From a bacterium (GTDB lineage: Bacteria > Fidelibacterota > Fidelibacteria > Fidelibacterales > Fidelibacteraceae): DNA of 64,000 nt. The notes below the pieces were generated by a model. The model was given only the letters and a program-made list of their open reading frames with translations. It was not told the origin of the DNA and made no database searches. The DNA lies in contig OY781066.1 of assembly GCA_963676395.1 (NCBI GenBank), positions 1,536,001-1,600,000 of the forward strand, in the 5' to 3' direction. A program made the position numbers and the translations under genes. Below, piece by piece: positions 29,947 to 41,899 of the stretch; positions within the stretch are counted from its first letter, which is position 1; each line of letters opens with the position of its first letter.

Positions 29947-29979
29947 CTGACTACTGACTACTGACTACTGACTACTGAC
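29947..29979. repeat. Heptamer tandem repeat (CTGACTA)x4.7
   Basis: ctgacta ctgacta ctgacta ctgacta ctgac; overlaps the stop codon of the 29972-30652 gene. Confidence 0.95.
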
Positions 29980-30652
29980 CTCTAACTTCTAAGATTTGCT
30001 GAGTACATTTTTTGCAACTTATTTTGCCTAAATTCTTAATGTCTTTAGCAAATTCTTCAAAAAACCATTCAAATTCTTCAATGACGCCGTGATCTCGACT
30101 GATTGCGGCTCGTTGGTTGTAAGAATGGGTTTTGCCGTCCCAGTCGACGATTGGGCCGTTTTCGAGGTAGATGGCGCAACCAAAACCGACGAATTCTTTT
30201 TGAGCTTCATGGAATTTTTCTTTGACATGGTTAAAGTAGGTCTTGTCCAGCTGAACACCATCCACGACTAGCCATTGTCCGTTAAAAAATACTTCAACCC
30301 AGGCAGAAATAAGATGATTCGGGAGCATGTTAAATTTTAGGGGAGGGATAATGCCGCTATACATTTCCTTTTTTACGGTAAAAGCGTGGAAGCGGCAAAG
30401 AATACCGCAGGCATCCAGAAGAGTTTTGAATAATATGCTTTTATTGAGGGCATTTGCGTGTCCGATTTCAATGACTTGAGAGGCCGAAAGTAGAGCTTTT
30501 TTAGAAAACCCAAACACGATCTCATTTTGAACATAGTCAAAAATATGACCGATCTTATTCTTTTCCCCAAAGCGTTTCCAACCTTTTTCTTTTATTAAGG
30601 TTTGTATTATCGGGTTGTCTTTGTCAAATATTATATTTGGGTCTTGTAGCAA
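29972..30652 (-). CDS. Transglutaminase-like domain protein, probably catalytically inactive
   Basis: IFDYVQNEIVFGF, ASQVI, LLDACGILCRFHAF, WVEVFFNGQW. The catalytic Cys and His positions appear substituted (GHANALNK, ISAWVEV). Confidence 0.75.
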   Translation of the reverse strand: MLQDPNIIFDKDNPIIQTLIKEKGWKRFGEKNKIGHIFDYVQNEIVFGFSKKALLSASQVIEIGHANALNKSILFKTLLDACGILCRFHAFTVKKEMYSGIIPPLKFNMLPNHLISAWVEVFFNGQWLVVDGVQLDKTYFNHVKEKFHEAQKEFVGFGCAIYLENGPIVDWDGKTHSYNQRAAISRDHGVIEEFEWFFEEFAKDIKNLGKISCKKCTQQILEVRGQ

Positions 30653-30903
30653 AATATCACCTTGTTCGTTACTCCTCTAAATATACAGATTGCCTAAGTA
30701 AGAAAAAAACAATAAATGGAATAAGCGCACATTCGATTAATTGGGCAATTTAAGAGAAGTGAATTGCGAATATTATCTATTTGTTGATCGGTATTATTGG
30801 TAACTGAGGATGGCGATTTTGATTTTAGGATATGCTTTGATGTAAGAATATCAGCTTATTTTTTTAAGCAGTTCAATTTTAATTTTAATACGTATTTTCC
30901 TTT

Positions 30904-30931
30904 TTGAAAAATCGACTAAAAAACTTATAAT
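30904..30931 (+). promoter_or_regulatory. Sigma70-type promoter for the DUF721-gyrB-gyrA operon
   Basis: TTGAAA-N16-TATAAT about 95 nt upstream of ATG 31025. Confidence 0.6.
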
Positions 30932-31024
30932 ATGCGCTTGAAAAGCCTGAAAATCGCCCCCATTTTCTAAGTAATAAAGTATATAATATTAGCTTAGTAG
31001 TGTTATTAATGTTATATTATAAGC

Positions 31025-31300
31025 ATGAAAAAGATCAACTCGGCTGTAGATAATTTGGTTGCTCGTATTATCGGCAGAAATGCCATGAGAGAGCATGAAG
31101 CATTCAGGAGTTGGAACGCCCTTGTCGGTGAACATGTGGCCCGGAATTCGGTGCCTGTTAGAGTAGAAAACGGTGTGTTGTACGTCAGTGCGAAAAACTC
31201 GGTCTGGCGTCAGGAATTGAGTATGCAGAAGCCGCAGATATTGAATAAGATCGAGGAGAGATTTGGCAAGGGTGTGATCAGAGATATTCGTATTCAATAA
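31025..31300 (+). CDS. DUF721 / DciA-like protein
   Basis: WNALVGEHVA..GVLYVSAKNSVWRQELSM..IRDIRI; directly upstream of gyrB, as is typical. Confidence 0.85.
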   Translation: MKKINSAVDNLVARIIGRNAMREHEAFRSWNALVGEHVARNSVPVRVENGVLYVSAKNSVWRQELSMQKPQILNKIEERFGKGVIRDIRIQ

Positions 31301-33259
<1,959 letters not shown>

Positions 33260-33299
33260 ACATTTCGTCTTTGACGGATAAAGATAAAGTGAGGAAAAA

Positions 33300-35744
33300 T
33301 TGGCTAACGAAAAAATTATTCCGATAAATATTGAAGAAGAATTGAGGAGTTGTTATCTCGACTATTCTATGTCGGTGATCGTTTCTCGTGCGCTCCCGGA
33401 TATTCGTGACGGCTTAAAACCTGTTCACCGTCGTATTTTGTATGGCATGTATGAATTGGGGATGCAGCACAATAAACCCTATAAAAAATCTGCTCGTATT
33501 GTCGGTGATGTTTTAGGTAAATATCACCCCCATGGCGATGGCTCGGTTTATAATGCGATGGCTCGTTTGGCGCAGAATTTTGCCATGAGATATCTTATTG
33601 TGGATGGACAAGGAAACTTTGGTTCCATCGATGGTGATTCTCCGGCTGCTATGCGTTATACCGAAGCACGTATGTCGAAACTGGCAGATGAAATTTTGGA
33701 AGATATCGACAAAGAAACTGTCGATTTTACAAAGAATTTTGATGATTCATTGGATGAACCCACTGTTCTCCCATCACGAATTCCATATTTGCTGATTAAT
33801 GGTGCAACCGGTATTGCTGTTGGTATGGCAACAAACATTCCACCGCATAACCTGAATGAAGTTTGTAATGCGGTGTGTGCAACGGTTGAAAATCCTGATA
33901 TCACGACTCAAGAGCTTATGCAATATGTAACTGGACCTGATTTTCCTACCGGTGCTTTGGCATTTGGAGCTCAGGGATTGTTTTCTGCGTATGACACCGG
34001 ACATGGTAAGATTACGCTACGTGCCCGTGCGAATGTGGAACAGGTGCGAAATAATCGCGAACAGATTGTTTTTACCGAGATCCCCTATCAGATCAATAAA
34101 AGCAATTTGATTGAAAGAATTGCCCAGTTGGTTCAGAGTAAAGTATTGGAAGGTATTTCTGATCTTCGTGACGAATCAGACAAAGAAGGTATTCGTGTTG
34201 TTGTAGAATTAAAGCGAGATTTTGAACCTCAAGTGGTTTTAAATAATCTATATAAACATACTCAGCTTCAGGGGACTTTCGGTATTAATATGCTGGCCCT
34301 TGTTGATGGTCAACCAAAAGTACTACCACTCAAGAGGATGCTTGAGCTTTTTATTGATTACCGACATGAGATCATTGTTCGTCGTACTCAGTACGAATTG
34401 AAAAAAGCCGAAGCGCGTGCGCATATCTTGGAAGGTTTCAAGATCGCATTGGATAATATCGATGAAGTGATTGAATTGATCAAAAGTTCTGCCAGCGCCT
34501 CTGCAGCCAAGAAGAATTTAATGAACCGTTTCTCTTTTTCAGAGATCCAGGCTCAAGCCATTCTTGATATGAAGTTGCAGAAGTTAACCGGATTGGAACG
34601 TGAAAAGATCATCCAGGAATATAAAGAAGTCCTCAAGCTGATTGAACGTTTGAAATATATTTTAGATAATCGTGAAGAGCGTATGAATATTCTTGTGAGA
34701 GAAACTCGTGAGATTCAGGAAAAATACGGTGATGAACGTCGCACAGAGATTGTTGCCGATGCCGGAGATTTTTCTGTTGAAGATATGATAGCCGATGAAG
34801 AAATGGCCATTACGATCACTCATAATGGCTTTATCAAACGAACACCTGTAAACGTTTATCATGCACAACGTCGTGGTGGTGTCGGTAAAAAAGGTGCCGG
34901 TACTAAAGATGACGATTTTGTTGAGAATCTCTTTATTGCGTCTACTCACGATACCTTGATGTTCTTTACCGATTTTGGTAAAGTTTATTGGTTGAAAGTT
35001 CACGAATTACCTCAAGCGGGACGTGCAACTCGAGGTCGCGCCATTGTAAACTTACTTGAAGCCGAAAAAGGCGAAAAAGTAAGAGCCTTTTTGAATGTAC
35101 GTGATTTCTCCGAAGACAAGAATGTTGTGATTGCCACCAAACAGGGTACTATCAAGAAAACTCAACTTGATGCTTATTCTCGTCCCCGTCGTACCGGTAT
35201 TATTGCCATTAATCTCAATGATGGTGATGATATTGTCGGCGTAGATATGACAAATGGTGAACAGGATATTATTCTTGGAACACGAAAAGGTAAAGCAATT
35301 CGATTTAACGAATCACATGTTCGCGCCATGGGTCGCTCGGCTACCGGTGTACGCGGTGTTACCCTGGATGGTGCCGATGATGCCGTTGTCGATATGGTTG
35401 TGGTAAAACGTGAAGGTGCAACTGTTCTTGCCGTAAGCGATAAAGGTTATGGCAAACGTTCCGATATTATGGATTACCGTATTACCAATCGCGGTGGTAA
35501 AGGTGTGATCACCATTAAAACCACCGATAAGGTTGGCCAGATGGTTGCGTTGAAAGAAGTTGTAGATAGTGATGACCTGATGATCATTACTACCAGTGGA
35601 ATGCTGATTCGTCAGCACATTGATAAGATCAACACACTTTCAAGAAACACACAGGGTGTACGCTTGATTAATCTTCACAATGATGATCAGATTTCAGCGA
35701 TACGCTATGTGATGGAAAGTGACGACGAAGAAAAAGAAGAATAG
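33300..35744 (+). CDS. gyrA: DNA gyrase subunit A
   Basis: [22 protein letters not shown], GyrA-box QRRGGVG, C-terminal beta-pinwheel repeats. Confidence 0.98.
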   Translation: MANEKIIPINIEEELRSCYLDYSMSVIVSRALPDIRDGLKPVHRRILYGMYELGMQHNKPYKKSARIVGDVLGKYHPHGDGSVYNAMARLAQNFAMRYLIVDGQGNFGSIDGDSPAAMRYTEARMSKLADEILEDIDKETVDFTKNFDDSLDEPTVLPSRIPYLLINGATGIAVGMATNIPPHNLNEVCNAVCATVENPDITTQELMQYVTGPDFPTGALAFGAQGLFSAYDTGHGKITLRARANVEQVRNNREQIVFTEIPYQINKSNLIERIAQLVQSKVLEGISDLRDESDKEGIRVVVELKRDFEPQVVLNNLYKHTQLQGTFGINMLALVDGQPKVLPLKRMLELFIDYRHEIIVRRTQYELKKAEARAHILEGFKIALDNIDEVIELIKSSASASAAKKNLMNRFSFSEIQAQAILDMKLQKLTGLEREKIIQEYKEVLKLIERLKYILDNREERMNILVRETREIQEKYGDERRTEIVADAGDFSVEDMIADEEMAITITHNGFIKRTPVNVYHAQRRGGVGKKGAGTKDDDFVENLFIASTHDTLMFFTDFGKVYWLKVHELPQAGRATRGRAIVNLLEAEKGEKVRAFLNVRDFSEDKNVVIATKQGTIKKTQLDAYSRPRRTGIIAINLNDGDDIVGVDMTNGEQDIILGTRKGKAIRFNESHVRAMGRSATGVRGVTLDGADDAVVDMVVVKREGATVLAVSDKGYGKRSDIMDYRITNRGGKGVITIKTTDKVGQMVALKEVVDSDDLMIITTSGMLIRQHIDKINTLSRNTQGVRLINLHNDDQISAIRYVMESDDEEKEE

Positions 35745-35749
35745 ATAAG

Positions 35750-35805
35750 GATTAAGATTGAGCAGAACTGAGTTTTTAGCACTGAGCGCTGTCTCAATCT
35801 TAATC
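35750..35805. repeat. Intergenic inverted repeat built from hexamer units
   Basis: GATTAAGATTGAG (35750-35762) and CTCAATCTTAATC (35793-35805) form a perfect 13-bp inverted repeat with a 30-nt interior. Confidence 0.85.
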
Positions 35806-35816
35806 TCATTACTTAC

Positions 35817-36479
35817 ATGATCAAAGATAAACTCGAAGCTGTTAGACAAGATGTTTTACGTTATTCACCTTATCCTGATAAGGTTCGAATTATTGCAGTG
35901 AGCAAGAAGCAACCCATAGAAAAGATGCTTAAAGCTGCTGAAGCCGGAATGACGGACTTAGGTGAAAACCGTATCCAGGATGCCTGTGATAAATTTCAAT
36001 TGGAAAGTTTTCCTGGAGTAGAACGACATTTCATCGGATATCTGCAATCAAACAAAGTAAATAAATGCTTGCAGAATTTTGATTGGCTTCATAGTTTGCA
36101 AACAGAGAAACTTGCTAAGCTAATTGCAAAAAGTGATCAGAACTTGAAATGCCTTATTGAGGTAAATATTTCGGGTGAAGAAAGTAAATCCGGGATCGCT
36201 CTGGAGAGCTTGAACGACTTTGTAAAAAAGCTTAGACTTATAGATGGTCTTGAAGTGCGCGGATTAATGGGAATGGCCGCTTTCAGCTTAAATGAAGTGG
36301 AGATTCGTAATTCTTTTGCTTTATTGAAAAGTTTAGCCGAAGAAGTAACGGCACTTAGCACGGACATGATCTCTTTTGAGGAATTATCAATGGGAATGAC
36401 CAATGATTATCGTATTGCTCTTGAAGAGGGATCAACTATGATTCGTGTTGGAACCGGCATATTCGGACCAAGGAGTTAA
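35817..36479 (+). CDS. yggS: Pyridoxal phosphate homeostasis protein (YggS/PLPBP)
   Basis: IAVSKK, GENRIQD, HFIGYLQSNK, LSMGMTNDY, MIRVGTGIFG. Confidence 0.95.
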   Translation: MIKDKLEAVRQDVLRYSPYPDKVRIIAVSKKQPIEKMLKAAEAGMTDLGENRIQDACDKFQLESFPGVERHFIGYLQSNKVNKCLQNFDWLHSLQTEKLAKLIAKSDQNLKCLIEVNISGEESKSGIALESLNDFVKKLRLIDGLEVRGLMGMAAFSLNEVEIRNSFALLKSLAEEVTALSTDMISFEELSMGMTNDYRIALEEGSTMIRVGTGIFGPRS

Positions 36480-36480
36480 T

Positions 36481-36945
36481 ATGGAATGGATAGATTTTTC
36501 TGACTTAAAAGTAAACGTCGATAAGAGCCCTTGGCCTTTTCGGTCAAAACCTGAGCATTTAAGCCAAGAAGAAACGGCAGCTTGTTCCGATACACTTTTA
36601 TTGACAATGAAAAGTGATGCTTTAAAGGAAGGTGAAGTAAAAGCTGTGAAAGATCAGATTAATCTTTCAGGTTATAATCCCTTACGTGGAGCAAATAATA
36701 AAGAACTGGGGGTTCGTTTCCCGGATATGTCTCATCCCTATGAGATCCCGGCAGGAATGGCTGATATTGATGTTATTCTTGTAAGAGCCGGGCAAAGGGA
36801 AGATCATCCTTTGAATGTCCCCGAGGCAGAGGCAATTGTTTATCAAACGATACTTGCAAAGCATCAATGCAAAACAGTGTATGCTCTGATATATGGATCC
36901 GGTGTGGATGCAGAAACATTAATAAATATTTTTCATGGAGAATGA
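36481..36945 (+). CDS. Short, degenerate purine-nucleoside-phosphorylase-like protein
   Basis: AGGAG RBS before ATG 36481. Retains DQINLSGYNPLRGANNKELGVRFPDMSHPY (a trimeric PNP signature) but is only 154 aa and lacks the GRxHxYEG, YET and VGMST motifs. Confidence 0.65.
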   Translation: MEWIDFSDLKVNVDKSPWPFRSKPEHLSQEETAACSDTLLLTMKSDALKEGEVKAVKDQINLSGYNPLRGANNKELGVRFPDMSHPYEIPAGMADIDVILVRAGQREDHPLNVPEAEAIVYQTILAKHQCKTVYALIYGSGVDAETLINIFHGE

Positions 36946-36946
36946 T

Positions 36947-37408
36947 ATGCATAAGAATTCAATGAACAAGGTGGTTTTGGTTGGTAGATTAGGACAAGAT
37001 CCTGAACAGCGCGCAACTCCCAGCGGTACTGCGGTTGTTAATTTTTCAGTAGCAACCAATGAAACTCGTAAAGATCAATCGGGTCAGTATGTTGATAGTA
37101 CGGAATGGCATCGTTGTGTATCTTTTGGTAAACAGGCTGAATTCATAGGTCGCTATTTTACCAAGGGTCGTCTTGTTTATATTGACGGTCGTTTAAGAAC
37201 CCGTAAATGGCAGGACAATAATAACGCAACACACTATACAACCGAAGTTATGTGTGATACGGCGATGTTGCTTGATCGCGGACAGCAGTCCGAAGGTGGT
37301 GCTGGAGGTGTTTATGCTTCTCCTCAAGCAAGTCGTTCGACAGCAGCTCCCGCAGCGGCACCAGCTGAACCCATGATGCCGGATAATGAAGAAGAATTGC
37401 CTTTTTAA
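36947..37408 (+). CDS. ssb: Single-stranded DNA-binding protein
   Basis: NKVVLVGRLGQDPE, TEWHR, GRLRTRKW, acidic tail EEELPF. Confidence 0.97.
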   Translation: MHKNSMNKVVLVGRLGQDPEQRATPSGTAVVNFSVATNETRKDQSGQYVDSTEWHRCVSFGKQAEFIGRYFTKGRLVYIDGRLRTRKWQDNNNATHYTTEVMCDTAMLLDRGQQSEGGAGGVYASPQASRSTAAPAAAPAEPMMPDNEEELPF

Positions 37409-37417
37409 GGAAAGAAT

Positions 37418-38110
37418 ATGTCCGAACGAGAATTTGAAAATACTGGTTTCATCGAAGAAGAAAAAGGGTCAGCGATCGTGTTGTGCCCTGTTTGCGGTCA
37501 ACCTGTGAATAATCATCCTGCAGAAGAATTATTTACGGTTGATATTGTTGAGAGCGATTTCAGGATCAGAACGTTGGATGATGATGTCTTAGATACCTGG
37601 TTGGTGTTTTGTCATCATTGTCTTTATGTTACGCATGATTTCACTCATATTCCGGATGATCTTGCGCAATTAAAAGACGTGATCGAATCAAAAACTTATA
37701 AAGAACGTTTTGTAGATACCAATCCTACAACAATGGAACTCTTTGAACATTATTTGTATATGTTGCAACAAGTCAAAGCATCTCCCATGGTTTTTGCCGA
37801 TACTTATTTACGTATGTCATGGTTGGCCGATGATGATTCCAATGAAGAGTTGGCGAATGATTATAGAGAAAAAGCTATCATTAATTATGGAAGGTCACTT
37901 TTGCTAGCTGATTTGAATGATAAAGATACCTCAATGTTGTACTATTATATTGCGGAACTGAGTCGACGTAAAGGTGAATTTGATCGGGCAAAAAAGGCAC
38001 TGATGAAATTAGATACACAAATTCCCATGATCAAAAATTTGTTTAATATGCAATCTGTTTTGATCAGAGATAAAAAAAAGAACGCCGTCGCAATGCCACG
38101 GGAGGAATAG
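37418..38110 (+). CDS. DUF2225-like zinc-finger/TPR protein
   Basis: CPVC...CHHC, YLRMSWL, YYIAELSRRKGEFDRA. Confidence 0.75.
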   Translation: MSEREFENTGFIEEEKGSAIVLCPVCGQPVNNHPAEELFTVDIVESDFRIRTLDDDVLDTWLVFCHHCLYVTHDFTHIPDDLAQLKDVIESKTYKERFVDTNPTTMELFEHYLYMLQQVKASPMVFADTYLRMSWLADDDSNEELANDYREKAIINYGRSLLLADLNDKDTSMLYYYIAELSRRKGEFDRAKKALMKLDTQIPMIKNLFNMQSVLIRDKKKNAVAMPREE

Positions 38111-38113
38111 CTT

Positions 38114-38974
38114 ATGATGATCAATTATCCGGAATTTGAAGCGATGTTATATGAGCAAGAGGCAGGGGCAACCACGATCTTGTTTAAATACATTCATATT
38201 ATTAAACGCTATTTTTCTGAAAATAGTGATTTGAGCCCCAATGAACAGTTGGAAAAATTAAATTTTATTTATAATGAAACACGAGCGGCTCATCCGCTTA
38301 TTGCTATTTTTCCCAACATGCAAGAGGTGATAACCAGAGAGATCCAGTCCGGGAAAAGTATTCCCGATATCATTGAGCATTATGGGGGCATTATTAAGAG
38401 AAACAATGAAAAGACTATTGAAACAGCCGTTAAGAATTTTATTAAGGACGGTTCAAAGATCTTTACTTTTTCACATTCCTCATTGGTTCGAAAAGCCATT
38501 ATGAACGCCGCTCAAAGTGGAAAACGTTTTGAAGTGGTTGCTACCGAAGCACGTCCTGTGGGAGAAGGTTTGTCATTGGCTAAATTCTTGGGTCGAGCAG
38601 GCATTCCGGTTTCTTTATATACCGATGCCGCTATGGAATTGGCGATTTCTCGTTGTGATCTGGTTCTAGTGGGGACTGACTGGTATTGGCACCGTGGATT
38701 TATTAATAAGATCGGTACCCACTCGGCATTGCGTATTGCCGATGAGCGTGAAAAAGAATTTTATGTATTAACAGATAGCTCAAAATTCATGAAAACGCCA
38801 CCCTCGGATTGGTCACGTGACCAACATCCATCATCACAGATCTTAATGGAAACCATTGAGAATGTTGTGGTTCATAATCCGTATTTTGAATCGATCTGGT
38901 ACAAGGGTGTAAGCAATATTGTTGTTGATGGTGAAGTTAAAAGCTTTAACGAAAAAAATGAGCTCATCATGTAA
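38114..38974 (+). CDS. eIF-2B alpha/beta/delta-like (IF-2B family) protein
   Basis: TFSHSS, TEARPVGEG, YTDAA, VLVGTD, NKIGT, NPYFE; lacks the THC catalytic Cys seen in MtnA and R15P isomerases. Confidence 0.8.
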   Translation: MMINYPEFEAMLYEQEAGATTILFKYIHIIKRYFSENSDLSPNEQLEKLNFIYNETRAAHPLIAIFPNMQEVITREIQSGKSIPDIIEHYGGIIKRNNEKTIETAVKNFIKDGSKIFTFSHSSLVRKAIMNAAQSGKRFEVVATEARPVGEGLSLAKFLGRAGIPVSLYTDAAMELAISRCDLVLVGTDWYWHRGFINKIGTHSALRIADEREKEFYVLTDSSKFMKTPPSDWSRDQHPSSQILMETIENVVVHNPYFESIWYKGVSNIVVDGEVKSFNEKNELIM

Positions 38975-38985
38975 AGAGGTCTATT

Positions 38986-39783
38986 ATGTCCCGGTTTACT
39001 TACAAAATAGCACTATGGATGTTCTTTGTCAGTCTGATCGCATATCTGATAATCATTTTGGGAGTATTTGTAAGAACCGATGCTCTAGCCGGGATGTCTC
39101 AGGGACAACAATATTTCACTATGATCTTCCTGGAATTGTTGTTGTTTGTACCACTTTGGATCTTTATTAAGGTTAATGGCGAAAAAACTCGACGGATCTT
39201 TCGTTTTAGGAAGGTCCGGAAAATGCATATTTTTAAATTACTGCTCATTTCTTTTGGACTTTTTCTAACGCTTTTATCAATTGAATATATCGTTCATAAT
39301 TTAGGTTACGAGATACCAAAATTAGATCAGAATATTTTATTGACCAACAGTGGGAATTTATTTTTGTTGTTTGTTCTAAGTGCTGTTGTTACACCTATTG
39401 TAGAAGAAGCTGTATTTCGTGGTTTTATTTTTAGGGTTATGTTGGATAGAGGTTATTCACCAACTATGATCATTGGTGTTTCATCATTATTATTTTCACT
39501 GGCCCATTTAAACTCTTCGGCATTTTTAAAGATATTCGCGGCAGGATTAATTTTAGGCTTTGTCGCTTATTACTTTCATTCTATCATTCCAAGTATTATA
39601 ATTCACAGTATTTTTAATATACTTGCACTTGTTGAAATCAATACACCGCAGATAAGAGAATGGTTTATGACTTATTCCACTGTGTTTTCTGTTCTCCTCC
39701 TGGGGACGGGTACTTTGTTATTGATCGCAGGTATTTTAGGAATAAAGAATACGGTTCATATTAAACGCAAACGAAAAGAATAG
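38986..39783 (+). CDS. CPBP (Abi/CAAX) family intramembrane metalloprotease
   Basis: PIVEEAVFRG, FSLAH, IIIHSIFN. Confidence 0.92.
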   Translation: MSRFTYKIALWMFFVSLIAYLIIILGVFVRTDALAGMSQGQQYFTMIFLELLLFVPLWIFIKVNGEKTRRIFRFRKVRKMHIFKLLLISFGLFLTLLSIEYIVHNLGYEIPKLDQNILLTNSGNLFLLFVLSAVVTPIVEEAVFRGFIFRVMLDRGYSPTMIIGVSSLLFSLAHLNSSAFLKIFAAGLILGFVAYYFHSIIPSIIIHSIFNILALVEINTPQIREWFMTYSTVFSVLLLGTGTLLLIAGILGIKNTVHIKRKRKE

Positions 39784-39795
39784 GAGGAATAGCTT

Positions 39796-41187
39796 ATGAG
39801 AAATAATGAAGTTATTCTACTCGTTGACACCTACAGAAAATTACATCGCCGTGGCGCTAAAGTAAATTTGATTAATATAATCGATAAAACTCATCCGGCC
39901 GACCTTGCCATGTTATTTCGATCGTTTACGCAACATGAACGTTTATATTTCTTTTCTTTGATCAAGACAGAAGCTCAAAAAGCTGAAGTATTATCTGAAC
40001 TTGATGATAATTTTATTATTGAGGTCTTACGTGCTTTAACACGACACGATATAATTAATATATTTCGTGAAATGGATTATGATGATGAAACGGCTATCAT
40101 TCGTATGCTACCTGAAGAAGATCAGCAAGAATTGTTGAATTTGATGAAAGACGATGAATCACGCGAAGTAGAAGCTTTGATGGAATATGATGAAGATACG
40201 GCCGGTGGTATCATGAACCCGGAAGTGTTTCACTTGCATGAAGAAATGACGGTAGCCAAAGCAACCGAAGAGATACAAAAAAGCGTTGATACCGAAATGG
40301 TTTTTTATATTTATGTAACAGATGATCGTTCTCATTTGATTGGTGTGGTTTCTTTGAGGCAATTGATCTTGACAGATCCGAGCAAAGCCTTGAGTGAGAT
40401 CATGGTTGAAGATGTAGTGTCTATTCGCCCCGAAACCGATCAAGAAGAAGTGGCTCGACTTGCATCACGTTACAATTTTGTAGCTGTCCCGGTTGTTGAT
40501 GATGAAAACAAGTTGATCGGTGTGGTAACTGTAGATGATATTATTGATGTTCTTCGTGAAGAAGCTACGGAAGATCTTTTACAAATGGCCGGTTTGGGTA
40601 AGGATTCCGATATTATTATGAAATCTGCCGGAGAAACCATTAAGCAGCGTTTTCCTTGGTTACTTGCAACATATATCGGTGGCTTGATCTCTGCACTTGT
40701 TATTGGTTTATTTCAGGTGACATTATCGAATTTTGTGATCCTGACGTCATTTATTCCCATTATTGCAGGTATGGGTGGTAATATCGGGACGCAGAGTTCT
40801 ACCATTATTACACGTGGCTTGTTAACGGGTCGAGTGAATCCGGATACTACATGGAAGATTGTTGCAAAAGAATTAAGGGTTGGAATAACTCTGGGATTTG
40901 CCTATGGTATTGTCCTGGGTGGTATTGCCTTTTTAATGACCTATGTTATACATACTAATGGTTATGATTATTCATTAACAAACTGTATCGAATTAAGTAT
41001 TGCTATTGCAATCGGAATTGTGGTTGCAATGACATTGGCAACCTTTACGGGTACGGTGGCTCCCATACTGTTTAACTCTATGAAAATCGATCCGGCTATT
41101 GCAACCGGCCCCTTGGTTACAACAACAATCGATATTCTTGGCATTTTGATTTATCTGTCTATCGCAACGGGTTTGGTACATTTATAA
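39796..41187 (+). CDS. mgtE: Magnesium transporter MgtE
   Basis: HPADLA, TAGGIM, CBS pair, RFPWL, GMGGNIGTQS, DPAIATGPLVTT..D. Confidence 0.96.
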   Translation: MRNNEVILLVDTYRKLHRRGAKVNLINIIDKTHPADLAMLFRSFTQHERLYFFSLIKTEAQKAEVLSELDDNFIIEVLRALTRHDIINIFREMDYDDETAIIRMLPEEDQQELLNLMKDDESREVEALMEYDEDTAGGIMNPEVFHLHEEMTVAKATEEIQKSVDTEMVFYIYVTDDRSHLIGVVSLRQLILTDPSKALSEIMVEDVVSIRPETDQEEVARLASRYNFVAVPVVDDENKLIGVVTVDDIIDVLREEATEDLLQMAGLGKDSDIIMKSAGETIKQRFPWLLATYIGGLISALVIGLFQVTLSNFVILTSFIPIIAGMGGNIGTQSSTIITRGLLTGRVNPDTTWKIVAKELRVGITLGFAYGIVLGGIAFLMTYVIHTNGYDYSLTNCIELSIAIAIGIVVAMTLATFTGTVAPILFNSMKIDPAIATGPLVTTTIDILGILIYLSIATGLVHL

Positions 41188-41188
41188 A

Positions 41189-41899
41189 ATGAAAAAAGTT
41201 ATTTTTATCCTCCAGCTGGTCTGCATGTTCGGATCACTCTTGGCTACTACTGACACTTTATTTTTTGATGTAAGCATCTTGGGTGTAAGATGCGCCAAGG
41301 TGGAATTGATAGAAAATATTCTTGATGACGATAGAGTGGAAATCGTTTATCATGCTTATACTGTACCGCCGTTCTTAAAATTATCCCCGACAGATAATTG
41401 GTATTATTACTATACAAACAGGGAATATTCTCATCTTGATTCCTTAAGAAAGATCATTAAAGATAAGGATGTCAGACAAAATTATTCTGAGATCATGTCA
41501 AATGAAACAGTGATCTATAATAATGATCATGTTCAAAAACATAATAAGCCACTTCACCATATTTTGACGTCTTTGGCCTTTTTTGAACATCATCCAGAGG
41601 CGATACAAAGTGGCTATGATCTTGCATTTGATATCAGTGATGAAGGAGATTTTTATCATCAGGAAATCAAGGTTAAATATAATGAGCGAAAAGCACAAGA
41701 TGAGATCTATTTTAGCTTTAAGCATATCGGTGGGAAAGAATATATCAAGGAAACGGATGTTTTCAATTGGATGATCTGTGCCGGTAATGGTACGCGTATG
41801 TTGGCATACTCCCGTCGTGATGGTAAGATCATTGAAGGTGCATTTTCATTGGGATGGGGCGGTTTGCATTTGAGAGCGAAGAGAATAATTAAGCCTTGA
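41189..41899 (+). CDS. Hypothetical exported protein
   Basis: Signal peptide; starts 1 nt after the mgtE stop; no family securely recognised. Confidence 0.7.
   Translation: MKKVIFILQLVCMFGSLLATTDTLFFDVSILGVRCAKVELIENILDDDRVEIVYHAYTVPPFLKLSPTDNWYYYYTNREYSHLDSLRKIIKDKDVRQNYSEIMSNETVIYNNDHVQKHNKPLHHILTSLAFFEHHPEAIQSGYDLAFDISDEGDFYHQEIKVKYNERKAQDEIYFSFKHIGGKEYIKETDVFNWMICAGNGTRMLAYSRRDGKIIEGAFSLGWGGLHLRAKRIIKP

Noticed and set aside
30653..31024. oriC candidate upstream of gyrB
   Set aside because: AT-rich, but no cluster of DnaA boxes and no dnaA.
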